A stretch of DNA of 64,000 nt from an uncultured Nitrososphaeraceae archaeon. GTDB taxonomy: Archaea; Thermoproteota; Nitrososphaeria; Nitrososphaerales; Nitrososphaeraceae. The notes beneath the pieces are model-generated. The model ran no database searches and was not told the origin of the DNA. It worked only from the letters and a program-made list of their open reading frames with translations. The position numbers and the translations under genes are program-made. Positions 1 through 10,693 of the stretch are shown piece after piece. How positions within the stretch are numbered: position 1 is the stretch's first letter; each line of letters begins with the position of its first letter. The stretch lies in assembly GCA_963825865.1 (NCBI GenBank), contig CAWGVG010000018.1:1-64000 (forward strand). The letters run 5' to 3'.

Positions 1-2
1 TT

Positions 3-392
3 GCATATCAATGCCCTTTCCCTAACGAAAAAGCATCAGAAGATTTTCATTCGTGGATGAGGATGTCTGCATTTGGGGCCAATTTCAAGTATACTTCCTT
101 AATCCCAACTAAATACAGAATACCTAGTTTTATGAAATATCAAGCTTCAAGGACGAGGATAGGCCCAAGCAATTTTAATCAAATAAAAGCAAGGGTTGAT
201 AGTGATGGTTTTTCTAAGGCAATTGAAATTGCGCTCATAAGGAATATAATAAAGCCTGAGGAAATACCATTGCTTAAAGCAAAATTCTATAAAAGATTAG
301 CCAAATCTATGAAACGAGAAATGGAAAACGAACTGGCTAATAAGCTTCTAAACAAAGCACGCAATTGGAATATGAGAGTTTTGTTTCTGTAA
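3..392 (+). CDS. C-terminal part of a glycosyltransferase family 2-like protein (5' end outside window)
   Basis: Frame is open from the window edge. SEDFHSWMRMSAFGANFKYTSLIPTKYRI resembles the GT2 'ED..W.R...G..F.Y......YR' motif. Confidence 0.5.
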   Translation, partial: AYQCPFPNEKASEDFHSWMRMSAFGANFKYTSLIPTKYRIPSFMKYQASRTRIGPSNFNQIKARVDSDGFSKAIEIALIRNIIKPEEIPLLKAKFYKRLAKSMKREMENELANKLLNKARNWNMRVLFL

Positions 393-1058
393 GAAATAAA
401 GTGTTATAATTATCACCAAACCTTTTTAATTTAATCATATAATTGGATCACCAAGAAAAGAAGTAAACAACCCTGGCTATGGCCTTAGCTGTCTCCTATT
501 TTGCCCATTCTCCATTAAATCGGAGCAAATATGCAAAAATTCATCTTGCTAGACCAGTCTACCAGTGCTCGTGTAGAGGAATTACAAAGAGAGTGCCGAC
601 AAGGGCTATCACTACAACCACATGTATTAGAGTTACGCCAAGTAGTTCTTTTAAGGTATGTATTAGGGTTAGTACACATTTATATGATTAGTTGTAAATG
701 CTGCATCAGAAATATCATAGTGATACGATTTGTCATATGTGTACTTTTTCATATGAAAACTATCCAAACGCCAAGATGATAGTGTTTAGCGAATATCGAG
801 ATCCCATGAATTGCCTTGGATACAATCTCTGCGAACAGTCCTAAGGTTGGTAGCATAGATGGCACCTAGAAGATGCTTTGGAAGAGATGGTCTTTTGCCC
901 CTATATTGACATCAAAGACGCTAATGTCTAGTTCGAATGAGGACACATCGGGTGAAATCGTGACCAAAAAGACCCGTTGTCAATCATAATGTCTTTGTAT
1001 AAATCATAAAAGAGTTTTATTAAATTACAATAGTAGCTCCATAGATACTATAAGAAGT

Positions 1059-1243
1059 ATGAAAAAGTTATTATCATGTCGTGAGGTTGGATGCTATGAG
1101 TGTGATTTCATTGTGACAGGAGAGACTGAGAAGAAATTATGAGTAATGTTCCAGTGCATGGTATCAAGGAACATAGTAGGACACACAAGGATATGGTAGA
1201 GATGAAGAGACTCAAAGGATTTATTCATACGCTGACTAAATAA
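1059..1243 (+). pseudogene. DUF1059-like small metal-binding protein, frameshifted
   Basis: MKKLLSCREVGCYECDFIVTGETE, then a shifted frame EEIMSNVPVHGIKEH...GFIHTLTK*. Matches the C..CDF..GETEEE..H..E.H pattern. Confidence 0.65.
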
Positions 1244-1741
1244 TGACGTCATTTAATAATAGTTATGTGATTATGTTATTTCCCAACGATTCGAGTTTTG
1301 GCTAAGTTTCTTTACGACGAAAGTCATATCCATATATATTTCATTAATATTATCGTCCATCTTCATAAAATCTCTTTTGTCTATTGCACTATGTATACTG
1401 CTATATTCATATACCGACCACCAGGTTATCCAGTCGAGCGTCTTTTCGAGAGGTTTGCTTTTCGTATCACAAATCATTAGCAAGTCTTACAGCAAATCGA
1501 ACAAATACTTCCTCCTCTGCTATACACAATTTGGTATTTTCTGACAAACATAATCACTTGTTCTGTACGAAATGGGTTGGCTTTACCATTCACCCCGGAG
1601 GAATATAACTTCATGAATATGATTTTTGTTTATTAGTGGGAGAGATACTATATTATACAATCAATGTTATTCCCAATTATTAGATGGTGGTGTGAGAAAA
1701 ATTAAATATAATCATGATAGATATCGTGACGCTATAAAAAC

Positions 1742-1909
1742 ATGGATACCTTTAAGCGCACTGGCGCACTAATTTCTTTTATAATTGCTTTTATAATGCA
1801 TGTTCCATTAAGACAAATGCTATTTGCTATTATTTTTACAGCAGTATTGGTTTTTAGCGGATACATATTCAGATCGTTTGGTAGAGACAAAGAAAAATAT
1901 AAAAGTTAA
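1742..1909 (+). CDS. Small two-TM membrane protein (55 aa)
   Basis: MDTFKRTGALISFIIAFIMHVPLRQMLFAIIFTAVLVFSGYIFRSFGRDKEKYKS*; below the ORF-track cutoff. Confidence 0.35.
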   Translation: MDTFKRTGALISFIIAFIMHVPLRQMLFAIIFTAVLVFSGYIFRSFGRDKEKYKS

Positions 1910-2390
1910 GAAATTCTGGTTTTCAATTTGTTATAATGGCTATCATATCCTTTTATGGTATGCCTGCAATTAGAAAGACAAGGTAAAAGATTGTATAAAC
2001 AAAATTATTACCTTGAGGCAATGTCATCACTATCTAATAATTAAGAACAATAACAAATCATGTGAGATCAATCCAACAGCAGCAGATTCGCAGATAAAGA
2101 GAGAAGAACATACATTTATTCAATCTGATGTTGATAATGATGACCTATACATGATATCACAGTTATCATTATATCGTTGTTTTTTGGAATGCTATGTTAT
2201 TCTTTTAATTATGTAAATGAATTTTTCATCCTTTATTGTTCTTCAATCCTATGGTCTAGGTCGATTTGAAAAACTTGGATCTGATATAGAACCACGCTAT
2301 TGTAATTTTGTCATTGTCAGCTTGAAATCCCTATAATTTGAGACATGTAAGATTCTTGATGATATTGGAAGCAGTTTTAATGGACTGTCG

Positions 2391-3181
2391 ATGCCAAATA
2401 AATTATTGACATTAAATCAACAATCAAAAGTATGGCTAATCCTAGTATCTCTTTGGATTATTAATGGTTCAAGCTTTCTTGCTATTAAGGTTGCTATTGA
2501 TACCATTCCTCCATTGCTAAGTGCTGGATTAAGATTTTCTATTTCAGGGGCTATACTTTTTATTGTTTACTTTTTCCAAATTAAACGTACAGAATACAAA
2601 AAGGATCATCGTAATCTTCAGCAATACCAAGAACAACAACAGCAAAAACATCCTCAATACCAACGTGAACATAATAACAGTCCACAGCTCGTGCATCCAA
2701 TTACACAAGGACATATCACTAAGCAACAATGGAAACACAGTTTAGTTCTTGGATTAACATTATTCGTGGGAGGTCAGGGACTACTTACGTGGGGCACACA
2801 ATATCTTTCTTCTGGAATAACAGGGTTACTCAATTCTATTAATGTTAACAGCTATAAGTTTCGGTCTTGGAGAATACCGCAATCTAGATTTATTGCAAAT
2901 CTCTGGCGATCCCTAGTGGACAGATATATTTGATTTTAATCATTACTGTAGTAGGATTTACAGACTTTTACTGGCTTCTTAGAGTTACTTCTGCATCATT
3001 AGCAAATACTTTTGCCTATGTCAGTCCTGTTATAGCTGTGTTATTAGGGTGGGCGGTATTGCATGAGAAGATAACAGCAATTACTGTCATAGCTATGATT
3101 ATTATTCTGATAGGAGTTGCAATGATGGTTACAAAAAAAACTACAACAAAAAAAGCTACCTCCTCTGTCACAGCAACCTAA
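2391..3181 (+). pseudogene. EamA/DMT transporter with large internal deletion and frameshifts
   Basis: N-half (GSSFLAIKVAIDTIPPLLSAGLRF) and C-end (FYWLLRV..ANTFAYVSPVIAVLLGW) align to the intact paralog at 35617-36528; the middle is missing. Confidence 0.85.
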
Positions 3182-3371
3182 GTTGGTAATCCAGTGTATA
3201 ACTTCAACGATAGCAAAAATATACATATATCATATATCTGTACGAAGTTAATAATTAGCTCTGGATAAGCACCTCATCATCACCGACAGAGTTAAAAAGT
3301 TACTATACTGTATTTACTTGTGGTTATCAAAATAGACCTAAACTTTCTTCCTGGGAACTTCAAGTCTGTCA

Positions 3372-3800
3372 TTATCCATGATATAGACAGAGAACATCAA
3401 CATCACCATAACTTGAAAAATGCTGATGTTCTACAATTTCCTTTACATTACTATAGATAATCTGAGATGCTGGCTTTCCCTTCGCATGTAAGCTTGCAGG
3501 AGCAATGTATTCTGTTTCACTTAAGTAGGAATTACCTTTTATTCCCTCTATATGACGGAGCTCGTCAACCATTTTCATTAGCTCTTTACAATGTCCAACA
3601 TTATTCTCGTTAACTTCGGTAACATATCTTAACCTTACACCCCTATTTTTGGCATCAAGAAACGCTTTCCTCAGTTGTTCAATTTCAATAGCTAATGACG
3701 GCCTGGTCTGATCTACACAGGCATCGATCTTGCTCTTTGTTTTGGAGGTAAACTGTATACTGTATTTACTACGTTCTGCTCACCATGCAATACCTCAGTC
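3372..3800 (-). pseudogene. N-terminal sensor region of a Nitrososphaeraceae-type histidine kinase, truncated
   Basis: TEVLHG..SKIDACVDQTRPSLAIEIEQLRKAFLDAKNRGVRLRYVTEV..ELRHIEGIKGN..SQIIYSNVKEIVEHQ; no kinase domain follows. Paralogous to 44068-44550. Confidence 0.7.
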
Positions 3801-3867
3801 TAACTCGTCGATTATGCGTGAAATAAGATCGGAAAATGTTTCTCCAAATAATATGATTTGTATTGCT

Positions 3868-4089
3868 GAGTGTAGGTTTCAATTGCCCTGAATCCCCTAT
3901 AAGGGATTGAATTAGTTGTTTAAATTGATTTTGCTTCTGCATCAAAGCCTCAGCTTTGTTTTATCTTTTTCTGATAACTTAGCATTAACTAAATATTCGT
4001 TATCTTTGGATTTGTTTGCAAGAATCTTCTACCTTCGTTTGCAAGGACTTTCTATCTTCGATGGTCAATACATCTACACATTTCAAATA
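3868..4089 (-). pseudogene. C-terminal tail remnant of a thaumarchaeal tyrosine integrase
   Basis: Across two frameshifts it reads YLKCVDVLTIEDRKSLQTKVE / LANKSKDNEYLVNAKLSEKDK / EALMQKQNQFKQLIQSLIGDSGQLKP, resembling integrase C-termini of this lineage as recalled. Confidence 0.55.
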
Positions 4090-4187
4090 ACATACAAAGG
4101 CATATCCTTTGATATCGATAACGTGGCGTTTTCACATCACATGGCATCTGTAAATGGCATTGATCGATCGTTGAAATTGGCTACTCG

Positions 4188-4556
4188 TTAAGGGTTATCT
4201 AACAATATTTTATCTATAAGACTTTCTTTTGTATGTTGATTCATCAAATGGTTTCTTAATCCTGACTCTGACAAGTCATTATTGCTTGTTTTGCATATGG
4301 GGCATGTATGAAACACTTTTTCATACTCATAGCCTAATTTTGATCTGGCAATATTGTTAACTTCTTTCTTTTTCTCTTCACACTTAGGATGCAGAGAATA
4401 AACATTATAATCTATCATTTGTGAATAATTACCAGTTCTTCCACAGATATGACATTTTGGCACAAGGCCAGTCAATAGATCTTCACGAACTAAATTATCC
4501 TGATGGAACAACGAAAAAGGGAGCTCCAAATATATTGATAGCTCTGGGTTTATCAT
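4188..4556 (-). CDS. Small zinc-finger protein (CHIC..HPKC and C2H2-like CPIC..HLMNQH); true start probably downstream of 4556
   Basis: Cys/His motifs in the translation. Confidence 0.45.
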   Translation of the reverse strand: MINPELSIYLELPFSLFHQDNLVREDLLTGLVPKCHICGRTGNYSQMIDYNVYSLHPKCEEKKKEVNNIARSKLGYEYEKVFHTCPICKTSNNDLSESGLRNHLMNQHTKESLIDKILLDNP

Positions 4557-4841
4557 GTTATGAAATATTGGGGGAAGCTTCTGCTCGGTTTGCCAAGAGG
4601 TGATAGTAAGACATGTTATGAAGCGTTTCTTAAACGTCTAGGAAAATCGGATAATCCAAATCCTTATGAAGAATTATTGAATAAAGGTTTACCTATTTAT
4701 CAGGATATAAGATGTGGTTTAGTTCATGCATATGCGGTAGATAGAGATTGCGTGGTAAACTTGAGTGAAGGCGAGTGTGGTATTTGTTATGATGTAATAT
4801 TAGGGATCATTATGACTTTAACATTAAAACGTATTTCATAG
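4500..4841 (+). pseudogene. Hypothetical protein fragment with HEPN-like R-x4-H motif
   Basis: GAPNILIALGLSCY joins by frameshift to YWGKLLLG...IYQDIRCGLVHAY. Confidence 0.4.
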
Positions 4842-5030
4842 TTGTATCGCTAGTCATTCTAGATGCGGAGAGAGGATCTTGAAAAGGGTTGAAAAGGGCT
4901 TTTGTTAATGCACAAGGCTTTAGAAGAAGATAAACTATATTCAAGTAATATTCGAGATACATCATCTTATGCTTTCGTTACTCTTAATTACTAACAAGAT
5001 GATGTTGCTGGAATGTTTGCATTTCTGTTG

Positions 5031-5267
5031 TTAATCAATTACCTCCTTAACTCGTCCAATAGTTCCATTTTCAAGAAGAACCTTAATGCCAAAAGGATGA
5101 GATGAAGATTTAGTCAGAATTTCCTTTACTATACCCTCAGTCAACTTTCCTGTTTTTTGATTAGCTTTTTGGACTACTTTTACCATTGAACCGCGTTTTA
5201 TATTACCTCTTGTCTTACTATCCAATCCAATTATGTTATAATTGGGACAATAAAAAATTATAGTCAA
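5031..5267 (-). CDS. YwbE/DUF2196 family protein (start likely TTG near 5228)
   Basis: RGNIKRGSMVKVVQKANQKTGKLTEGIVKEILTKSSSHPFGIKVLLENGTIGRVKE is the family signature. Confidence 0.85.
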   Translation of the reverse strand: MTIIFYCPNYNIIGLDSKTRGNIKRGSMVKVVQKANQKTGKLTEGIVKEILTKSSSHPFGIKVLLENGTIGRVKEVID

Positions 5268-5589
5268 AGATTAGGTTAGTTATGTTGTTGCTCAGATAAC
5301 AATTCTATTTATTGAATTTACTATCACAAAGAATTTGCTGAAATATTCAGTGCCAATGACATCAATAGCAATAGATTATTTGGTTAAAAAAATAATGGCA
5401 GAATTAGATTAGTCTATAAAATGATTATATGGCATAAAGAATGGATCACTTATAGAGTGAGATCCGCAATATTGTTTATTATCAATTGCAGGTTGTCTAA
5501 TTCTTTATTAGAAGAGAAAAAATTGTTTGTTGACAGAAATGGTTAAGTCTAGAAGTCAAATAGTGACTTTGTTAATAGAGAGTTCCGAA

Positions 5590-5795
5590 TTAGTGGAGCT
5601 TAAATGCAAAAAGAGAATCCATAGCAGGTATGTACAATCTTTACAGAAGTAGAATCTATTGATGACTATATGAGAAAATCAGAGCAAATGCGTGCTAAGG
5701 TAGTAAAGAGCAAAAACGAAATTCGTGAAGGATATTATGCTGTAATGGAAGACCCACAAGAAAACACATTTGGGAGAGCAAATTTACCTTCTTAA
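5590..5795 (+). pseudogene. VOC/glyoxalase family C-terminal relic
   Basis: FTEVESIDDYMRKSEQMRAKVVKSKNEIREGYYAVMEDPQENTFG, with stop codons upstream. Confidence 0.6.
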
Positions 5796-6026
5796 AGCCC
5801 CGTGCTATGATATTTTTTGCTAGTTGAAACCAATTATCATTTTTACGGTGGCAGGTTAACAATATAAGAATTAAACACTGAAACTACCCACTCCACTGCA
5901 ATTCTTAAAAAGATAGGTATGTTAAAAGCCAGTTAGATAGCTACAGCTAAACAAATAGAAGAGGTCCCTTTAATGATATTGCAAATACATCCAAATAGCA
6001 TGGTATCCAAATATACTACTACAGCA

Positions 6027-6143
6027 ATGTCAGAAGCAAAAGAGGATTTGGAAGATGCTGGCGACAAAATGAAGTCTGGCGCAAAAAAAACAGGAAATAA
6101 AATTGAAGATGCTGGAGAAGATGCAAAAGACAAGGTAGATTAA
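6027..6143 (+). CDS. 38-aa hydrophilic LEA/CsbD-like peptide
   Basis: MSEAKEDLEDAGDKMKSGAKKTGNKIEDAGEDAKDKVD*, followed by a T-rich terminator-like tract. Confidence 0.6.
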   Translation: MSEAKEDLEDAGDKMKSGAKKTGNKIEDAGEDAKDKVD

Positions 6144-6207
6144 ATAATAATAATTTTCATTTCAATTATTTTTTTGTTTGTCCTATTACTTATTATTCTA
6201 TCCATTC

Positions 6208-6266
6208 ATTGATTGTATTTTTTTAGTGTGCCTCTCTGTGGTGTAATTTGTTTACAGCTTGTGACC
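6208..6266. repeat. Dispersed ~60-bp repeat, copy 1 (copy 2 at 56486-56541)
   Basis: tagtgtgcctctctgtggtgtaatttgtttacagcttgtgacc vs tagtgtgcctctgtggtataatttgtttacagcatgtgacc. Confidence 0.8.
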
Positions 6267-6429
6267 GTGTGACAAGCTATAATGATTTTATTTATTTTCA
6301 CCATGATACTAATGTCCACAATTTATTTATAACGAACAACATCTGCACGTTACTAAATGTTGATAACAAAACGTGTACCTTATGTAATAGCATGAATATA
6401 GAATAAGGTGACTGACTTAAGTGTCTCTT

Positions 6430-7430
6430 TTAAGACAATGCGGAGTAGATTTTTTGTAGTGAATGGTCATATCGATAGCTTGTATGCATGTGTCCATCAT
6501 CAAACTCCTCGTAATAATGATTTATATTCATATTTTCAAGCTTAGAGTGAAGTATCCTAGCTCCCCAGTGGAGATTGAACTCATCTCGAGTTCCACAGTC
6601 AATATAGATAAATTTTAGCCTTTTTAGATTCTTATGATACTTCTCAACCATTCTTACCGGATCCCAATATAGCCAGCGGTTCCACACTTTTTGCAATATT
6701 TCCCCTGTTTTCAGGTCAAAGGGTAAATCAACCCCCATCTCATTTGAATTAGGGTTTGGAGAATAATGAGCTGCCATTGCAAATATATTCAGAGGAGGTC
6801 CGTCCTCCTTCTTGTAGTGATTCTGTTTCTTCCAGAAATTATCAAGCATTTTTTTGGACTGCTACCATATTGTCTAAAGGAGTCGAGAGCTTTTGGGAAA
6901 TCTGGAAGGTAACAATATTCAAATGCAGCATCTCCAGAATGATCTGCTAATCCATAAAATACATCTGGATGACGCATTCCCAATATAATAGAACCGTATC
7001 CGCCAGACGAATGACCAAAGACTGCTCGTGAAGAAGTGTTATAGTTCTTGTCAACAAAAGAAACAATTTCTTTTACTATGTAGTCTTCATATCTCCCTGT
7101 TGCTGAAGAGTTCAGATATTGATTTCCTCCAAACCTTGTAAAGCAATCCACTAATACCAAAACCATTGGACCACATTTTTTCCCTGAAACCAAACGATTC
7201 ATTCGTTCTTCAATATTCTCTCGCAGAGGATCTGCGTTTAATAATACCCTATCTTGACTACCAAAACGCGGAAGTACAAAAACAGTAACATATCCTTTTG
7301 AATAAGATTGGGAGTAGCCAGGAGGAAGATATATTATCAGTTCTCTTTTGTATGGATCCTTTAATGGATTAGATTTGAGAATACTGCTTTCATCAGTATG
7401 CACTACTATTTTTCCTTTCATTCTAGTCAA
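6430..7430 (-). pseudogene. Esterase (enterochelin esterase-like alpha/beta hydrolase) split by a 1-nt frameshift near 6849
   Basis: GHSSGG nucleophile motif in the 5' ORF; DCGTRDE and FDDGH catalytic motifs in the 3' ORF. Confidence 0.85.
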
Positions 7431-8053
7431 TTACTATCACAGGTTTATTGAATTGATCTGAGATACCTATTATTCCATAATATACCGTTAAAACCAATTT
7501 AAAAACTCACGAAAGAAACCCATATCTCCCTATCAGTTGATCAGAGAAGCAGTAGGAGTTTTCAACAAGAACAGAAATGAGTACTATATCAAAGCGATAA
7601 AGAAAGAAATATCTTGCAATATATTATAAAATTAAATATACAATCTGCACATCCTGCTTCATATACTTCTATTACACTTCAATTGCCCAATTGAGTACCC
7701 AATTCCTAACCCCTCTAGCCTATATATGTGAAAATAATCTCTCAGGACATTTCTAAAGGTGTAATCCAAATTGATTGATTATACTAATCAATTATATCTC
7801 AATTTGAGATCAATTATAGTCCCGAATTGGAATAGTACAGGTCTCTCTTTTGCGCGTATGATACGAATTGGAGAATACTTTGGCAACTAGGTTTATGATG
7901 GACCTAAAGTGTTGGAGATCATTCGTTTACAAGTTTATAATAGGTATTCTTGATAGCTCTACCTGCTAACTACTACCTTCACTTTCAGGTCTTCACGATT
8001 TTGGCCATTTTCTGGTGGAGATAAAAAAATTAACACATTTTTTTAACACATCA

Positions 8054-10693
8054 CTATACAAGAGCGCGATCAGCTTGATTGTCTTGATCGATTTCTGTTT
8101 GCTGCCCTGAGACCGCTTTGTTTAAGATTTCTGTAGCTGCAATCTTATGCAAATATTCATTATTATTCCCACATCTATAAGAGTAAGTGCAGCGAGGGCA
8201 ACCACTTTCGCTTTTACATGGGCATTCAATCAGTATTCTCAATGCTCTTCTTATCGCAACATCAAACCTATCATATAGAGCCTTACTTGCTCCGTTTCCA
8301 CCAATGCTACCATCATGGATGAAAATCATACCTGAAGAACCAAGAGATACTCCTCCCATATCTTGTGACGCTCCTCCTGTTATCATACTGCTCCCCTCTA
8401 TCAGTACATGCTCAGACGCATGATAGCCACTCATTTCGACATATTCTTCATCATTTGCATCTTGGAGAATGTTTATTGGTCTTGGTGCTCTGAATACAAA
8501 TCCTTTAGTAATGAATTCAAATTCAATAGGTTCTAAGAACATAATCTTCTTTCCTTGTGTGACTTCCTGTCCGATTTCAATATTGGAATATCCGACGACT
8601 TTCTTCTGAATTTTTAAAGAACAGTATTTTACTTCTATTCCAAACACCATTTTTTGTTCGTAGATTTCAATAATACTTGGCCATTCATCGACCATTGCCT
8701 TCGTATAATATGGATAATCAGCTGGAATAGACATAAGCTCTGCATAATATGGTTGCTCTGTATGTTGAGCATCATAATGCAATTTCCTTACCTGATATCT
8801 ATTACCAGATAGAAAGTATATTGCATTTTCATGAAGCTCCTCTATTGCTTGTGGTAGTGAGCGCTCTCCAACTACTTTCTTATTGAAAAATATATCTATT
8901 GTATTACCAATCCCTCTAATGCTATAGTCATTTAGTATATCATAATCTTTCTTAAAATTAGGTACAAAAAACTTTTCATCACTTGATAGTCTGATCAGAC
9001 CTTTTGAGACCAGTTTTTGAATAATATTATTAATATCGCTGATACTGTTGTTGTTATTAGCATTCAACTCAGATTTGGAAATCGGTTTATCACAAGTCAT
9101 TGCAAGAATTTGATATTCCTTTACAAAGGGATTTGAAGGGTCAGTATATATCTGCTCTTGGTCTGCAAAGTAATCATCAGGATGTGAGCTGTAATATTGG
9201 CTAATGGGGTCATTTCCTAGTGCTAGAAATGCGTAACCCTCTTGACCTCGTCTCGCAGCTCTACCGAATCTCTGGGTCAATCTGTTGATTGGGACAATGC
9301 TCGATATAATAGCATCAACATCACCAATATCAATTCCGAGCTCTAAAGTTGGTGTTGCAGAAATTGCCATTAGTTCGCCATCCTTAAATGACTGCTCAAC
9401 TTCTTTCCGCACAGAAGATAAAAGTCCAGCTCTGTGCACTTTAATTTTTATTCCCTGTCTAGATAAGTAAAATGATAAAAGTTCTGACCCAAGATGTGAA
9501 TTGCTAAACGCAATTGTTTTATGGCCTCCTCCAGTGGTTCGTTTAACTAGATCTATAACGAGTGATCTGTGAGAACGCAAAGATGGAAATAACATTACAA
9601 AATTAATCTTTCCCTTTCTGCCTTCGCCTTGGATAAACTCAATTTCTCTGCCAAAAAGTGTTCTACAGAATTGACTAGCGTTTGGTAGTGTCGCCGAGGC
9701 AGCTATTATTTGCAATTTATTCTTACACAACCTTTCAAGCCTCTTTACAATGTAGTGAACATTTGCTCCAAATACCCCTGTATAAGTATGAGCTTCATCA
9801 ACAACCAAAAATTGAGAAGTTCTAAGTAAGTATGAAAATTTTGTTCTGTGCCAAAGATGGTAATGCAGAACATCGAAATTTGTAATGATTATATCAGGAG
9901 CCGCTGATAATATCATATTTCTTTCATTTAGTGGTGTATCTCCATCAAATATGCCAACACGTATCCCGATGCTTTCTGCAAATTCTCTTATTTTTGGAAG
10001 CTGATCTCTTGAGAGTGCTTTAGTAGGGTACAAGAATATTGCAGATATTTGATTTCTTGTCCTTGTTGTTTGATTAGTGCGCAAATATGAGGTATGCAAA
10101 TGCGAACGTTCTGATATCTTCTGTACTATTGGAATACAGAATGCTTCAGTTTTACCTGATGCTGTTGGTGCTACTATAACCGTGTCTATTCCAAGCAGAA
10201 TTCTCTTAATAGATTCTTCCTGAAATTCATAAACATGCTTGATGCCTTTTCTGGACAGTACAGACGTAATCTTGTCATCTACAGGAAGTTCATTAACTGA
10301 ACTTCCTAGTTTACTATCTGAACTTTGAATTAGTCTATATTCCACTACATAATCTTGCTGAGAAGACAATACTTCCTTGAGTAACTTATTTATTGTTCCG
10401 TCGTTACTTTTTTCGAGTAATCCCTTGATTTCTGATGACGGCCTTAGGATTCGTTCCTGCTGCATTATTGCTTTCAGATCATCACTATTGGCTATATGCC
10501 CGGTGTCATACAGGTATAAGAATTCAAGATACGCAGAATCAGGACCGTCAGCATAAGCATCTTTCGGGACCAATGCGCAGATATTACATTTTGAACAACT
10601 AAACAATACTCGTCCATCAAAAATTTTGTCTACATTGATTGAGTTAAAAGAATTGCATCTAGGACATTTATACCGGGAGATGATTGCTTTCAT
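8054..10693 (-). CDS. SF2 DEAH-box helicase, Hrq1/YprA(MrfA)-like, with C-terminal DUF1998 and N-terminal Zn ribbon
   Basis: APTASGKT, YPTKAL, DEAH, SATL, LELGIDIG, QRFGRAAR; C-terminal CPC...GCPRC...C. Confidence 0.92.
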   Translation of the reverse strand: MKAIISRYKCPRCNSFNSINVDKIFDGRVLFSCSKCNICALVPKDAYADGPDSAYLEFLYLYDTGHIANSDDLKAIMQQERILRPSSEIKGLLEKSNDGTINKLLKEVLSSQQDYVVEYRLIQSSDSKLGSSVNELPVDDKITSVLSRKGIKHVYEFQEESIKRILLGIDTVIVAPTASGKTEAFCIPIVQKISERSHLHTSYLRTNQTTRTRNQISAIFLYPTKALSRDQLPKIREFAESIGIRVGIFDGDTPLNERNMILSAAPDIIITNFDVLHYHLWHRTKFSYLLRTSQFLVVDEAHTYTGVFGANVHYIVKRLERLCKNKLQIIAASATLPNASQFCRTLFGREIEFIQGEGRKGKINFVMLFPSLRSHRSLVIDLVKRTTGGGHKTIAFSNSHLGSELLSFYLSRQGIKIKVHRAGLLSSVRKEVEQSFKDGELMAISATPTLELGIDIGDVDAIISSIVPINRLTQRFGRAARRGQEGYAFLALGNDPISQYYSSHPDDYFADQEQIYTDPSNPFVKEYQILAMTCDKPISKSELNANNNNSISDINNIIQKLVSKGLIRLSSDEKFFVPNFKKDYDILNDYSIRGIGNTIDIFFNKKVVGERSLPQAIEELHENAIYFLSGNRYQVRKLHYDAQHTEQPYYAELMSIPADYPYYTKAMVDEWPSIIEIYEQKMVFGIEVKYCSLKIQKKVVGYSNIEIGQEVTQGKKIMFLEPIEFEFITKGFVFRAPRPINILQDANDEEYVEMSGYHASEHVLIEGSSMITGGASQDMGGVSLGSSGMIFIHDGSIGGNGASKALYDRFDVAIRRALRILIECPCKSESGCPRCTYSYRCGNNNEYLHKIAATEILNKAVSGQQTEIDQDNQADRALV

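Noticed and set aside
2620-2690. Gln/Asn/Ser/Tyr low-complexity tracts (also ~22920, ~31450, ~54550)
   Set aside because: Trinucleotide-slippage inserts scattered throughout the window; no evidence of a specific function.
3876-3912. CRISPR-repeat-like 37-mer gtttcaattgccctgaatcccctataagggattgaat with an AATCCC/GGGATT stem
   Set aside because: Single copy with no spacer-repeat periodicity. On the minus strand it is the coding sequence IQSLIGDSGQLKP of the integrase-tail relic.
8054-10693. DUF1998 helicase as part of a DISARM or Druantia defence system together with the methyltransferase
   Set aside because: No partner genes are adjacent and the MTase is 9 kb away. It looks like the stand-alone Hrq1/YprA-type repair helicase.
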